Positions 45,518-57,083 of a stretch of 64,000 nucleotides of DNA are shown here, in pieces. The DNA is from a cyanobacterium endosymbiont of Rhopalodia gibba (GTDB lineage Bacteria > Cyanobacteriota > Cyanobacteriia > Cyanobacteriales > Microcystaceae). A program made the translations under genes and the position numbers. Location: positions 2,176,001 to 2,240,000 of the forward strand of contig CP067995.1 in NCBI GenBank assembly GCA_045159875.1, read 5' to 3'. The first letter of the stretch is position 1. Every line of letters starts with the position of its first letter. The notes beneath the pieces were generated by a model, which saw only the letters and a list, made by a program, of their open reading frames with translations, was not told where the DNA came from and searched no databases.

Positions 45518-45930
45518 TGCAAGCTACTGCGTCTGAAGACAAGGTCGTTTATTGGGGAACTGGACGTCGTAAATCAGCGATCGCAAGAGTTCGCTTAGTG
45601 CCTGGTAGTGGTGAACTTACCATTAATGGAAAACCTGGGAACATTTACTTTAACCGAATTGCTTCCTACATTCAGTCGATCAAAGCTCCGCTGGAAACCT
45701 TGGGGCTAGAGGATGACTATGATATTTTAGTCACTTCTCATGGAGGAGGGTTAACCGGTCAAGCGGATGCCGTCAAACTGGGGGTGGCGAGAGCTTTATG
45801 TGAGTTAGCTCCTGAAAATCGCCAACCCTTGAAAATTGAAGGATATTTAACTCGTGATCCTAGGGCGAAAGAACGGAAGAAATACGGCTTACATAAAGCT
45901 CGTAAAGCCCATCAATACTCAAAACGATAA
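45517..45930 (+). CDS. rpsI: 30S ribosomal protein S9
   Basis: [31 protein letters not shown]. Confidence 0.98.
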   Translation: MQATASEDKVVYWGTGRRKSAIARVRLVPGSGELTINGKPGNIYFNRIASYIQSIKAPLETLGLEDDYDILVTSHGGGLTGQADAVKLGVARALCELAPENRQPLKIEGYLTRDPRAKERKKYGLHKARKAHQYSKR

Positions 45931-45980
45931 TTCACGATTGTTATTAACAGTTATTAATCAATCATAGCAGAAGGAGTTTT

Positions 45981-46238
45981 ATGGCTAAACCTGACATTCA
46001 CCCCACTTGGTATCCCGAATCGAAAGTGATTTGTAATGGGGAAGTTGTGATGACTGTGGGATCTACTAAACCCGAAATCAATGTTGAAGTTTGGTCGGGA
46101 AATCACCCTTTTTACACTGGAACTCAGAAGATGATCGATACGGAAGGACGAATTGATCGCTTCCAAAAACGGTATGGAAATATTAGTAAAGGAGGCAATA
46201 AAAAATCTGGAAAAGAATCTGATGCTTCCCCAAAATAG
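45981..46238 (+). CDS. rpmE: 50S ribosomal protein L31
   Basis: [22 protein letters not shown]. Confidence 0.98.
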   Translation: MAKPDIHPTWYPESKVICNGEVVMTVGSTKPEINVEVWSGNHPFYTGTQKMIDTEGRIDRFQKRYGNISKGGNKKSGKESDASPK

Positions 46239-46259
46239 CAACGTGATTGATATTAGTGT

Positions 46260-46290
46260 CCCAGCAGGAATTCTGCTGGGTTCACAGTTT
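46260..46290 (+). terminator. hairpin closing the ribosomal cluster
   Basis: CCCAGCAG-gaatt-CTGCTGGG then TTCACAGTTTT. Confidence 0.6.
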
Positions 46291-46841
46291 TCGAGATAAA
46301 GATGAAAAATATGTTGTGCTTGAAATATCAGCCGCAGCAAGTCAATCTTGAGTAAGATATGATTAAAAATCATCAATTTAACTCTTTACGTCTTAAAAGA
46401 ATTTAACGTACTAGTCTATGGGTTATTAACAAATTTAGTTATCTAGAAATTCTCTACCTAAGATTATTAGAAGAAGAGCTCTAGTCTATTTTATTTTTCA
46501 CTTATACTTGATATATACATTTTTAGTCGGTAAATAAACGTCAGTGGATAAATAAACGATTTATCACTAGTATTTTTATTCCCCTACAAGGGTGGACCGA
46601 AAATAGTTCCATCTTGAAAAGATAAATTAGCAGCTGCCGCGTACTCTAGTCATATCATAAAAGTTTCACTTCAAACACTGTTAGTTTTTCATGCAAGGGA
46701 GAAACACTAAAAAAGTTTACAATCTTCAGTCTACTAAACAGATATCGTAATTCTTTAGTTGATTCAAACCGAGTCGAAAGTAAATCCCTTGACATAATAT
46801 TGTTACTGTTAAATTAGAAGTATTAAAGTTAAGAGAATCCT

Positions 46842-47954
46842 ATGGCTGAGTCTTATCTATTAGAAAAGTTACAATCTGTTGAACAAACCTATAAAGAGTT
46901 AACCTACCGTCTAGCTGATCCTGACATTGCCACCAACCCTGATGAACTTCAACGAGTAGCTAAGGCACGTTCATCTTTAGAAGAAACTGTTCTTACTTAT
47001 GAGACTTGGAAAGAAACTCAAGAGGAGTTAATAGGGGCTAAACAAATTCTTAAAGATGCTGGAGGTGATCTCGAAATGAGAGAAATGGCCTCCCTAGAGG
47101 TGGAGGAGTTACAAAAAAAGTCAGAAGATTTAGAAAAAAGACTGAAAATCCTGTTACTGCCTCGTGATCCTAATGATGATAAGAATATCATGCTAGAAAT
47201 TCGCGCTGGTACTGGAGGTGATGAAGCCAGTATTTGGGCTGGAAATTTATTACGGATGTATTCACGTTATGCAGAAGGTCAGAAATGGACAGTTAAGCTA
47301 GTGAGTGAGTCCCTAGCGGATATGGGTGGGTTTAAGGAAGCTATTCTTGAAATTCAAGGTGAACAGGTTTATAGCAAACTTAAATTTGAAGCCGGAGTTC
47401 ATCGGGTACAACGCGTTCCTGTGACAGAAGCAGGAGGACGGATTCACACTTCAACCGCAACGGTGGCAATTATGCCAGAAGTGGATGAAGTGGAAGTTAA
47501 TATTGATCCTAAAGATATTGAGATATCGACAGCCCGTTCAGGGGGGGCAGGGGGACAAAATGTCAACAAAGTAGAAACCGCAGTAGACTTGTTTTATAAA
47601 CCGTTGGGTATCCGTATCTTCTGCACTGAAGAGCGTTCCCAGCTACAAAACCGTGAACGGGCAATGCAAATTTTGCGGGCAAAGTTGTACGAAGTAAAGT
47701 TGCGGGAACAACAAAACGCGGTTAGTTCGATGCGTAAGTCTCAGGTAGGAACAGGGGCACGTTCTGAAAAAATTCGTACTTATAACTATAAAGACAATCG
47801 AATAACGGATCATCGTTTAGGTCAAAATTTTGCTCTTGGAGGAGTTTTAGAAGGAGATATTGAAGATATAATCCAAATTTGTATTAGTCAGGATCAACAG
47901 GAACGTTTAGAAGAATTAGCAGCTTCTCCAGAAATAGCTGAGGCAATCAATTAA
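46842..47954 (+). CDS. prfA: peptide chain release factor 1
   Basis: [20 protein letters not shown] (PxT motif) and GGAGGQNVN motifs. Confidence 0.98.
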   Translation: MAESYLLEKLQSVEQTYKELTYRLADPDIATNPDELQRVAKARSSLEETVLTYETWKETQEELIGAKQILKDAGGDLEMREMASLEVEELQKKSEDLEKRLKILLLPRDPNDDKNIMLEIRAGTGGDEASIWAGNLLRMYSRYAEGQKWTVKLVSESLADMGGFKEAILEIQGEQVYSKLKFEAGVHRVQRVPVTEAGGRIHTSTATVAIMPEVDEVEVNIDPKDIEISTARSGGAGGQNVNKVETAVDLFYKPLGIRIFCTEERSQLQNRERAMQILRAKLYEVKLREQQNAVSSMRKSQVGTGARSEKIRTYNYKDNRITDHRLGQNFALGGVLEGDIEDIIQICISQDQQERLEELAASPEIAEAIN

Positions 47955-48741
47955 TCAGGTTTATTTGATCCTTATGCTGGAGTTTAGTATTAATTAGAAG
48001 ACTATCAATCTCACTGTAAATTTTCGACAGTAACTTTGCTGCAATTTTATGTAATCAGGAGAAATTAGACCAAAATCCTTACCTTGCTTTTGTAGTTGAG
48101 AATCTTAGTGAAACGATATAAAAGTAATGTTGCTTTTATTATCAAAGACTCTAATGGAAATGTGGCGGGAATCAGTCAATTCTAAGAGACTATTAGAAAC
48201 GTCAACAATAGAATCTGAAAGGAATAATAATATTTATTTTTAATTTTTTTAAGTCGCCATATTTTACAGATAATGATTAAGAAAAAAAATAGTACTTTAA
48301 TACAGAATTAAATATGTACTATCACAATAAAAAAATTTACTTAAATATCCTATTAGGTTTTTATAAATAAAATTATTTAAAATTAGCTAAAGCTTTGCAG
48401 TATCTCATATTATTTTTTTTAAAAAACATTGTTTATCCATAAAAACACTCTATTTTTTGCAAGAAAAAAATACTAAAAATTATATATATTTCAGTCCAAT
48501 AAAGTTAATGAATAAAAAGTATATGGGAGTTATTTACTCTGGGTTTCTAATTAATCATGATATTCAAATTACCCATATCTGAATCTAAGTAATATTTAAA
48601 AAATACACATAAATTGTGTTACGGTTATTGTGAATGGTTGACCACAATTAATACTGTTAATTAGTATTATATTAACCCCTAAAAAAGGGTCAACCTAAAA
48701 ATATCAAGTCTAAAACTTGGTAACATATTTGAAATGAAATC

Positions 48742-49071
48742 TTAGCTAGGAACAATTAACTTAATGTTAGCATTTCGTACAAATTGCTGTTTAACGCCGA
48801 CGATAGTTTTGTTGACAGCATACTTTTGGTCGATAGGACTGATGAATTCGGTTTGGTTTTACTTCTTAGTAATACCCTATAGGTCAGTAATTAAGTCGAA
48901 AGTGCTATCGCTGTTACGAGACTAGCCGCGATCATATTCGCCCTCGAGAATAGCTATGATGTTACAACGGACATCAGCTTCAGCCTTAACAGAAATACCA
49001 AAATCGCTTAAAGAAACTTTTAAAATGGCAGCATCTGTGATTTTAGTGCGCAGAGTGCTAAAGTGAGATAT
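48742..49071 (-). pseudogene. DUF1257 (Ycf35-family) protein pseudogene
   Basis: ATA in place of ATG, then SHFSTLRTKITDAAILKVSLSDFGISVKAEADVR..ILEGEYDRG*SRNSDSTFDLITDL*GITKK*NQTE..QKYAVNKT; three in-frame stops. Confidence 0.85.
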
Positions 49072-49211
49072 TTTAGATTTCCTTCAGCAGAATAGAAGAT
49101 AACAATAATTTATAGAAGAATAAGGTAGGCTAATAGCCAGGATACTCTACAGATTTGGTTGAATTTTCAAAAAGCAACTATAAAAAATACTTTTTATGTG
49201 GAAAAAATAAA

Positions 49212-49243
49212 GATGTTAGTAGTTTTATAAAACTATTAACATC
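49212..49243. repeat. near-perfect loopless palindrome (16-bp arms, one mismatch)
   Basis: GATGTTAGTAGTTTTA|TAAAACTATTAACATC. Confidence 0.75.
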
Positions 49244-49593
49244 GCTAAAAATTTACATATTTCTATTTTTTTTCATGAAGAACACGTGATTCTTAGTTTA
49301 TTTTAAAAGTTCTATTTTTGATTGATTCAAGAAAGTGTTTGGACAGGCATTGATATTATTTTTTGTAAAAAAAAGCTACCAAGAGAATAAAAAAGTATAG
49401 AATCTATCATAAATTTATAAATCACTAAAATTAGATCAATTATGGTCACTTATGGATTAAATTTTAAAAAGTAAAATTATTAGATTTAACTAAAAAAACA
49501 GACATTGCCACAAACTTTATATTTCTTTTACAAAAGACAGTTATTACTGTTTTAGATTAAACTAAGTCAAATTGCATATCTACGATTCTGTAA

Positions 49594-50544
49594 ATGACAC
49601 GTCATTATTATGATACTAACTCTCACCATGAACATTCTACTACAGGTCATGGACATGATCATAATTCTACTAGTTACAATCGTGCCTTTGTTCTTGGGTT
49701 ACTACTTAATGTAAGTTTTGTATTAATTGAGTTTATAGAAGGTTTTTTAGCCAACTCAGTTGCCTTAACGGCGGATGCAGGACATAATTTAAGTGATGTT
49801 TTAGGGCTAATTTTAGCATGGACAGCTAGTTTGGTTGCCCGTCGCCAACCATCAAGTCGAAAGACTTATGGTTGGCGAAAATCATCAATTTTAGCTGCAT
49901 TTTTGAATGCAGTATCTTTATTACTAGTAACAGGGGGAATAGCTTGGGAGGCACTTGAGCGATTATTCTATCCTAAGGATGTGCAAAGTCATACGATTAT
50001 TTGGATAGCAGCGATAGGTATTATTATTAATACTGGTACTGCCTTAATGTTTCTCCCAGGTCGTCGAAATGATATCAACATTAAGGCTGCATTCTTCCAT
50101 ATGATAGCCGATGCCATAGTGTCGGTTGGGGTTGTTTTGGCAGGAATTGGAATTTTCCTAACCCATTGGTTTTGGCTAGATTCAGTCTTTAGCTTAATTA
50201 TTAGTATATTGATTATTGTCAACACCTGGGAACTGTTAAAAGAGTCCTTTCACTTAGTAGTTGATGGAGTTCCTCCCAAAATTGATGAGCGTGCTGTTTA
50301 CACTTATTTGTCTGAATTTCCCGGGGTCACTCAAATTCATGACTTACATATTTGGGGAATTAGTACTACAGAAACTGCCTTGACAGCACATTTAATTATT
50401 CCTCAAGGTCATCCAGGTGACAAATTTTTATCCCAAATTTGTCAGGAGTTACATAATAACTTTGGCATCGATCACTCAACACTACAAGTTGAATTAGGCG
50501 ATTCACAATATCCTTGTATATTAGAACCAACGGAGAGAGTTTAA
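49594..50544 (+). CDS. cation diffusion facilitator (CzcD/ZitB-type) metal efflux transporter
   Basis: His-rich N-terminus; ADAGHNLSD, AAFFHMIAD, IHDLHIW and HSTLQVE motifs. Confidence 0.93.
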   Translation: MTRHYYDTNSHHEHSTTGHGHDHNSTSYNRAFVLGLLLNVSFVLIEFIEGFLANSVALTADAGHNLSDVLGLILAWTASLVARRQPSSRKTYGWRKSSILAAFLNAVSLLLVTGGIAWEALERLFYPKDVQSHTIIWIAAIGIIINTGTALMFLPGRRNDINIKAAFFHMIADAIVSVGVVLAGIGIFLTHWFWLDSVFSLIISILIIVNTWELLKESFHLVVDGVPPKIDERAVYTYLSEFPGVTQIHDLHIWGISTTETALTAHLIIPQGHPGDKFLSQICQELHNNFGIDHSTLQVELGDSQYPCILEPTERV

Positions 50545-50616
50545 TAGAAAATAATCAAGATTTTCGATTGATAAACAATAAATTTAAAAACTATTTTAAT
50601 TTTTAAGGGGAATTAT

Positions 50617-53313
50617 ATGTCTTTTGTTGGTTTACATATTCACAGTGAATATAGTCTACTTGATGGAGCGTCTCAACTCAAGGCTTTAGTTAATCGTGCT
50701 TTGGAATTAGAAATGCCAGCGATTGCTCTAACTGATCATGGAGTAATGTATGGCGTGATCGAATTTATGAAAGTTTGCCGTAATAAAGGAATTAAAGCAA
50801 TTATCGGCAATGAAATGTATGTTATTAATGAAGATATTGAAGTTAATAAACGTCATAAAAGATATCATCAAGTTGTCTTAGCCAAAAATACCCAAGGCTA
50901 TAGAAATTTAGTCAAGTTGACAACTATATCTCACCTCAAAGGTATTCAGGGAAAGGGAATTTTTTCTCGTCCTTGTATTAATAAAGAATTATTAGAGCAA
51001 CATCATGAGGGGTTAATTGTTACTAGTGCTTGTATAGGAGGGGAAATTCCCCAAAAAATTTTAGCAGGAGATTTGAAAGAGGCTAAACGTATCGCCAAAT
51101 GGTATCAAAAGTTGTTTAAAGATGACTTTTACTTAGAAATCCAAGATCATGGTTCGCAAGAAGATCGAATTGTTAATCGAGAGATTGTCAAAATTGCTGA
51201 TAAATTAGACATTAGAATTATTGCAACTAATGACTCTCATTTCATCTCTTGCTATGACGTCGAAGCTCATGATGCTTTACTTTGTATTAAAACACAGAAA
51301 TTAATTACAGAAGATAAACGACTTAGATATAGTGGGACTGAATATCTAAAATCTGCAGAAGAAATGAGGTTATTATTCCGAGATCATCTTCCTGATAGTG
51401 TAATTGAAGACGCAATAAATAATACTTTAGAAGTTGCCAATAAAATTGAACATTATAAAGATATTTTTGGAGAACCTCGCATTCCTAATTATCCCGTTCC
51501 TTCAGGACATAATCCTGATAGTTATATTGAAGAAATAAGTTGGGAAGGTTTGATAGAAAGGCTAAAATGTCATTCTCGTAAAGAAATCCCAGATAACTAT
51601 AAGGAAAGATTAGAATATGAACTAAAGATGTTGCAAAGAATGGGGTTTTCAACTTATTTTTTAGTAGTTTGGGATTATATTAAATATGCAAGAGATCACA
51701 AAATTCCTGTGGGACCTGGAAGAGGATCGGCTGCAGGTTCTTTAGTTGCTTATTCTTTGAAAATAACTAATATAGATCCAGTTCATCACGGACTTTTATT
51801 TGAAAGATTTTTAAATCCTGAACGGAAATCTATGCCTGATGTTGATACAGATTTTTGTATTGAAAGACGAGATGAAATGATTAAATATGTCACCGAAAAA
51901 TATGGAGAAGCTAATGTTGCTCAAATTATTACTTTTAACCGCATGACTTCTAAAGCTGTTTTAAAAGATGTGGCTAGAGTGTTAAATGTTCCCTATGCAG
52001 ACTCCGATAAAATGGCGAAAATGATTCCAGTCTCACGTGGAAAACCCACTGAATTAAAAGTAATGATTTCTGATGAGACACCAGAGCCAAAATTCAAAGA
52101 AGCTTATGATAATCAAGAAGTAGATATTAAAGATGATAAAGGAAATGTGATTGGTCAAATCCCTGTGCGTAATTGGGTGGAGATGGCAATTCGCATTGAA
52201 GGAACTAATAAGACCTTTGGAGTCCATGCTGCAGGTGTAGTTATTTCTTCTGAACCTTTAGACGAAGTTGTCCCTCTTCAAAGAAATAATGAAGGAGCAG
52301 TTATTACTCAGTATTTTATGGAAGATTTAGAGTCCCTAGGGTTGTTAAAAATGGACTTTTTGGGGTTAAAAAATTTAACAACTATTCAGAAAACAGCAGA
52401 TTTAATTAAGCGAAATAGAAATCTAGATTTAGATTTAGATCAACTACCTTTAGAAGAAAGAAAAGCCTTACAAATCCTTGACAAAGGAACTGCTAAAAAA
52501 CTTCCAGATGATATAGACAAAACCTATAAACTTTTAGCAAGAGGAGACTTAGAAGGAATTTTTCAGTTAGAATCATCAGGAATGAAGCAGATCGTTAGAG
52601 ATCTAAAACCATCAGGAATTGAAGATATTTCTTCTATTTTAGCTCTTTATCGCCCTGGTCCTTTAGATGCTGGACTTATTCCTAAATTTATTGATCGTAA
52701 ACATGGAAAAGAAGCGATTCAATATGAACATTCTTTATTAGAACCCATTCTTGAAGAAACCTATGCTGTCTTAGTTTATCAAGAACAAATCATGAAGATG
52801 GCACAAGATTTAGCGGGTTATTCTTTAGGAGAAGCAGATTTATTACGTCGCGCAATGGGAAAAAAGAAAATCTCAGAAATGAAAAAGCATCGAGAAATTT
52901 TTATTGATGGCTCGACTAAAAATGGAGTTCCTAGGAATGTTGCAGAAAATTTATACGAACAAATGGTTAAGTTTGCGGAATATTGCTTGAGTTATGATAC
53001 AGAAGTATTGACCGTCGAATATGGAGCGATTCCTATCGGAAGAGTGGTAGAAGAAAGTCTTGACTGTACTATTTATACAGTAGACAAAAATGGCTTTGTT
53101 TATACTCAACCCATTCAACAATGGCATTCACGAGGTCAACAAGAAATATTTGAATATTGTCTTGAAGACAGTTCCATCATTCGAGCAACAAAAGACCATA
53201 AATTTCTGACTGCCGAAGGGGAAATGTTCCCTATTCATGAGATCTTCGAACAAGGATTAGAGTTAAAGAGAATTCTCCCCCTGTCCGATGATAACAAAAC
53301 ATACCTAAATTGA
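50617..53313 (+). CDS. dnaE: DNA polymerase III alpha subunit, N-terminal half fused to the N-terminal split intein (DnaE-N)
   Basis: PHP domain [27 protein letters not shown]; ends [12 protein letters not shown] plus intein-N. Confidence 0.97.
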   Translation: MSFVGLHIHSEYSLLDGASQLKALVNRALELEMPAIALTDHGVMYGVIEFMKVCRNKGIKAIIGNEMYVINEDIEVNKRHKRYHQVVLAKNTQGYRNLVKLTTISHLKGIQGKGIFSRPCINKELLEQHHEGLIVTSACIGGEIPQKILAGDLKEAKRIAKWYQKLFKDDFYLEIQDHGSQEDRIVNREIVKIADKLDIRIIATNDSHFISCYDVEAHDALLCIKTQKLITEDKRLRYSGTEYLKSAEEMRLLFRDHLPDSVIEDAINNTLEVANKIEHYKDIFGEPRIPNYPVPSGHNPDSYIEEISWEGLIERLKCHSRKEIPDNYKERLEYELKMLQRMGFSTYFLVVWDYIKYARDHKIPVGPGRGSAAGSLVAYSLKITNIDPVHHGLLFERFLNPERKSMPDVDTDFCIERRDEMIKYVTEKYGEANVAQIITFNRMTSKAVLKDVARVLNVPYADSDKMAKMIPVSRGKPTELKVMISDETPEPKFKEAYDNQEVDIKDDKGNVIGQIPVRNWVEMAIRIEGTNKTFGVHAAGVVISSEPLDEVVPLQRNNEGAVITQYFMEDLESLGLLKMDFLGLKNLTTIQKTADLIKRNRNLDLDLDQLPLEERKALQILDKGTAKKLPDDIDKTYKLLARGDLEGIFQLESSGMKQIVRDLKPSGIEDISSILALYRPGPLDAGLIPKFIDRKHGKEAIQYEHSLLEPILEETYAVLVYQEQIMKMAQDLAGYSLGEADLLRRAMGKKKISEMKKHREIFIDGSTKNGVPRNVAENLYEQMVKFAEYCLSYDTEVLTVEYGAIPIGRVVEESLDCTIYTVDKNGFVYTQPIQQWHSRGQQEIFEYCLEDSSIIRATKDHKFLTAEGEMFPIHEIFEQGLELKRILPLSDDNKTYLN
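52984..53313 (+). other. DnaE split intein N-fragment (109 aa)
   Basis: block [15 protein letters not shown] and block [10 protein letters not shown]; no intein C-terminus or C-extein in the window. Confidence 0.95.
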
Positions 53314-53481
53314 AAATAATAATGAAGAGTTTTCGGGCTCTTCTAAACCGAGCAGCAAAGACTGACTATATTCGGTAAAACCTATAAGGCAAAACCGTCA
53401 GCTTTTGTTTATTATGACCTTGTCGCGGTCGATCTTAGGAGAGTCAGTTATCTAGACTCAATTATGATGCTTGGTCGCAGA

Positions 53482-54318
53482 TTACAAGGTACTTGAATCT
53501 AAACTTTGTGCGGCTTCAGGCGTTAAGGGTAAATGCAACCCGCACTCCTGCTTCAGCCCGTGGAAACGACTATCTCGTTCGCTTTCATCTCCTGCTATCA
53601 TAGGACGACTTGAATGCCAATCTCCGACTGACACATATCCTTTCTCAAAATAGGGATGATAGGGTAAATTGTGGACTGTCAAATACTGATAAATATCACG
53701 GGAATCCCAATGCAAAATCGGGTGAACCTTATAATAGTTTCCTTGTTGTTCTACCCGTTCTAAAGATTTCCGATGACTCGTTTGAGTCCGACGTAACCCG
53801 GCTAACCAAGCTGTGGCATTTAACTCAAGCAAAGCCCTTTGCATTGGCTCTACCTTGCGGATATTATCATACAGGTTAAGAGATTCCAAATCCTTTTTGT
53901 CCCACAGTTTCCCATAAAGAGCCTCCATACGGCCTGGGGTAAGAGGAGATTGATATATCCTCAAATTAAGGTTTAACTGTCTGCTTAACTTTTCAGCAAA
54001 ACAATAAGTTTCCGCCGGAAGATACCCAGTGTCAACCCAAATTACCGGGATATGAGAGACAACTTGAGTTACTAAATGAAGCATAACTGCCGCTTGGATA
54101 CCAAAGCTGGTACTCATCACCAATCCATCCCCGAATGTATTGGCAGACCACTCAACTACATTTTGGGCACTCCTATTGGATAGGAGTTGATTGGTTGCTT
54201 GTAAATCAAGACTAGGTTTAAGAATTTTGGGAGTGTGATGTGGTTGAGAACCATGAACAGAGATAGCTTGAGTACCATTTACTTGCATTTGGGAGTTGAG
54301 CAGATCAATATGGGGCAT
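53482..54318 (-). CDS. cysH: phosphoadenosine phosphosulfate reductase
   Basis: STSFG, VDTGYL, RKVEPM, GLRRTQ and KQECGLH motifs. Confidence 0.96.
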   Translation of the reverse strand: MPHIDLLNSQMQVNGTQAISVHGSQPHHTPKILKPSLDLQATNQLLSNRSAQNVVEWSANTFGDGLVMSTSFGIQAAVMLHLVTQVVSHIPVIWVDTGYLPAETYCFAEKLSRQLNLNLRIYQSPLTPGRMEALYGKLWDKKDLESLNLYDNIRKVEPMQRALLELNATAWLAGLRRTQTSHRKSLERVEQQGNYYKVHPILHWDSRDIYQYLTVHNLPYHPYFEKGYVSVGDWHSSRPMIAGDESERDSRFHGLKQECGLHLPLTPEAAQSLDSSTL

Positions 54319-54689
54319 TTGGTAACTGTTTCCCTGGTGTTCAACAATCTTGACGTTAAGTAATGGTATCCATCAAAGTTGAACGATCCCATCTACGCCC
54401 TCACAGTCAATTGCCAACGCAATTCAATTGTTAAGAGGATTCAGTGATTTGATATTTAGATTTTGTATCCTTCTCAAAGGAAGAGTATTCTTCTCAAAGT
54501 TTGATTTGAACAAAAGTTTAGGACAGTTTATGATCTCATTGTATCGTAGTTCCTAAAAGGACAACTCCTATAACTAATTTATTAGCTTTTTTTAAGATTG
54601 AGCTTTACCAAAATACTTAATCGATAGACCCAAGAGTCATTGAGCGATATGATTATCTAGAAACTGTAACTGATGTGACTTAAGTTGAC

Positions 54690-54863
54690 AAACCGACTTA
54701 AATCGATCATGTTGCAGACAACACTGTGCTGTCAGACAGCTAGTGGAAGTTAAACAAATACTTGTAGAGGGGAATTTGGAGCGAGTTTAGAAACCTTGCT
54801 TTCTAAACAAGACAAACCCAATGAAGCAAGAATCCTGCACGGTTCTACCGGTGGGAGTATCAA
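54690..54863 (+). mobile_element. 3' end of tnpB plus IS200/IS605 right end (omega/reRNA region) relic
   Basis: AVRQLVEVKQILVEG..PMKQES tail; GAAGCAAGAATCC-hairpin-GGGAGTATCAA terminus. Confidence 0.7.
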
Positions 54864-54907
54864 TCAAACATAAACTCTAGGTTCAATTCAACAGTAACAA
54901 TAGAGGG

Positions 54908-55630
54908 ATGACTTACCACCGAGTATTAGTTAAACTAAGCGGCGAGGCCTTGATGGGCAACCTAGGCTATGGCATTGACCCTAAAGTGGTAGCCGAAATT
55001 GCTCAGGAAATTTCAGATGTCATTGAACATGGCACCCAATTGGCTATCGTTGTTGGGGGAGGGAACATCTTTCGTGGAGTCAAAGCGGCTTCAGCCGGTA
55101 TGGATCGAGCGACAGCTGACTACATTGGTATGATTGCTACAGTTATGAATGCTATGACGTTGCAAGATGCCCTCGAACAGATGGGAATCCCTACACGAGT
55201 CCTGACAGCAATCGCTATGCAGGAAGTAGCCGAACTCTATATCCGTCGTCGTGCCATTCGCCATCTTGAAAAGGGGCGCGTAGTCATTTTTGGAGCTGGC
55301 TCAGGAAATCCCTTTTTTACCACTGACACCACGGCCGCGCTCCGGGCTGCTGAAATTGATGCAGAGGTGGTTTTCAAGGCAACAAAAGTCGATGGGATTT
55401 ACGATAGTGATCCCACTATTAATCCGAAAGCTCGTCGTTATCAAAGTCTGACCTACGGTCATGTATTAGCTAATGATCTGCGGGTAATGGATGGAACGGC
55501 GATCGCCCTTTGTAAAGAAAATAATATCCCAATCGTTGTCTTTGATCTCTCGGTTCGAAGCAACATCCTTCGAGCTATCAAAGGAGAAGCGGTTGGAACA
55601 CTTGTGGGAGGTTTCTGTGAAGTTAGCTGA
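54908..55630 (+). CDS. pyrH: uridylate kinase
   Basis: [15 protein letters not shown] and GNPFFTTDT motifs. Confidence 0.98.
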   Translation: MTYHRVLVKLSGEALMGNLGYGIDPKVVAEIAQEISDVIEHGTQLAIVVGGGNIFRGVKAASAGMDRATADYIGMIATVMNAMTLQDALEQMGIPTRVLTAIAMQEVAELYIRRRAIRHLEKGRVVIFGAGSGNPFFTTDTTAALRAAEIDAEVVFKATKVDGIYDSDPTINPKARRYQSLTYGHVLANDLRVMDGTAIALCKENNIPIVVFDLSVRSNILRAIKGEAVGTLVGGFCEVS

Positions 55631-56165
55631 ACTTAAAGATAATATGCAAAAATCTATTGAGGCCACTCAACGGTCTTTCAATACCATCAGAACAGGAAGA
55701 GCTAATGCTTCACTTCTTGATAGGATAACGGTTGAATACTATGGGACAGAAACTTCCCTAAATCAGCTAGCCAATATTAGCATTCCTGATGCCATTAGCA
55801 TCAATATATTGCCCTACGATAAGAGTAGTATGGGAGCAATTGAAAAAGCTATTAGCCTTTCAGATATTGGTTTAACCCCAAATAATGATGGTAAGGTCAT
55901 TCGTTTAAATATTCCTCCCTTAACGCAAGAACGGCGTAAAGAACTAGTCAAATTAGCCGGAAAGTTAGCTGAAGAGGGGAAGGTAGCTATTCGAAATATT
56001 CGTCGAGATTTCATTGATACAATTCGTAAACAAGAAAAAAACAATGATATTTCTGAGGATGAATCCCGTGATTTACAGAATGAGATTCAGAAAATAACTG
56101 ATAGATTCATAACAAAAATCGACGATTTGTTGAAAATCAAGGAAAAAGATATTATGACAGTCTAA
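55617..56165 (+). CDS. frr: ribosome recycling factor
   Basis: GTG start overlapping pyr[19 protein letters not shown] and IRNIRRD motifs. Confidence 0.97.
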   Translation: MKLAELKDNMQKSIEATQRSFNTIRTGRANASLLDRITVEYYGTETSLNQLANISIPDAISINILPYDKSSMGAIEKAISLSDIGLTPNNDGKVIRLNIPPLTQERRKELVKLAGKLAEEGKVAIRNIRRDFIDTIRKQEKNNDISEDESRDLQNEIQKITDRFITKIDDLLKIKEKDIMTV

Positions 56166-56199
56166 TCAGACTACTATATATATTTGTCTAAAGTCAGTG

Positions 56200-56303
56200 T
56201 CAGTAGGGGATTTACCTCATCAATAAAGCCCCTACTGAAATAGAGGCTTTATAAACAAAACTCAGCCTTCTGCTTTTTCAAAGCAGGAAGCGTTGGAGTC
56301 GAC
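56200..56303. other. multi-hairpin GC-rich element after frr (terminator and/or IS200/IS605-like end relic)
   Basis: TCAGTAGGGG..CCCCTACTGA, AAAGCCCCTA..TAGAGGCTTT and CTGCTTT..AAAGCAG stems. Confidence 0.4.
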
Positions 56304-56813
56304 AGTCTAGTTAAAAAATAATTCATAAAATGAATAAAGATCTATGAAATTTTGAGCGATTACGACTATTATAATTTCTTTTCTACTATCATTATTCAGT
56401 TTAGTTAATCACTCCATTGAGGATTGCCATCACTTAAATCAGAGTATTCAATATAGTCTGTCAAGACCATCTTTTGAAATTGACTAAAAAGCAGTGACCA
56501 AGGGCCTTTCCAAGTCGTTGGCTAGTTGTTATATAGCGACCAGAAAAGCTAAAAATATATTAGGACAAACTGTTTATTATACTGATATTTTTAGAAAAAT
56601 TTTAAACATTAATAATGAGCCAGTGTTGTAACATTTAAATAGTATGGGTTCAATTACTGAAGTTCCCCCAGGGGTCAGCAAGTTTAAACTAAGGATTACG
56701 GTTCCAGCTAATCAACTGACCCCCCTTGAATTAAGGCAATCTAAAGCGTCTGAGTTCACCACCAAAATGACCTCTATTTTCTAGAAAAGTGCAGCCTATA
56801 ATGGTTACTTAAC

Positions 56814-57083
56814 CTAGAAGATAGCGGGAACCTGAGTCAATATCGAAGAAATAAATTGCAATGCTAAAATTGCTAAAAGGGGAGACATATCCAAACCGCC
56901 CAAGGGAGGAATAATAGACCGAAAAATGTTGAGGTAAGGATCAGTAATAGGGCTTAGAAAAGCCATTATACTGTAAGCCCATTCAGTAGTTTGGAACCAA
57001 GAGAGTAAGATTCTAATAAAAATCAACAGTAGATATATGTTGATGAAGTTTATCAAAGTTTCAATAATTAACGCAGCGGCCAT
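56814..57083 (-). CDS. YggT family membrane protein (Ycf19/YlmG)
   Basis: IRILLSWF..ITDPYLNIFRSIIPPLGGLDMSPLLA. Confidence 0.93.
   Translation of the reverse strand: MAAALIIETLINFINIYLLLIFIRILLSWFQTTEWAYSIMAFLSPITDPYLNIFRSIIPPLGGLDMSPLLAILALQFISSILTQVPAIF

Noticed and set aside
30016..46376. Many antisense or alternate-frame ORFs over ribosomal genes (e.g. 35210-35737, 37002-37616, 39178-39699, 42037-42474)
   Set aside because: Shadow ORFs of conserved genes, with no recognisable motifs.
53385..53410. c-di-GMP riboswitch suggested by GGCAAAACC
   Set aside because: Lacks the GNRA loop and second stem, and lies between convergent genes.
55491..55616. N-terminal extension of frr in the ORF track
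   Set aside because: It overlaps pyrH; GTG at 55617 with a GGAGG RBS gives the normal 182-aa protein.
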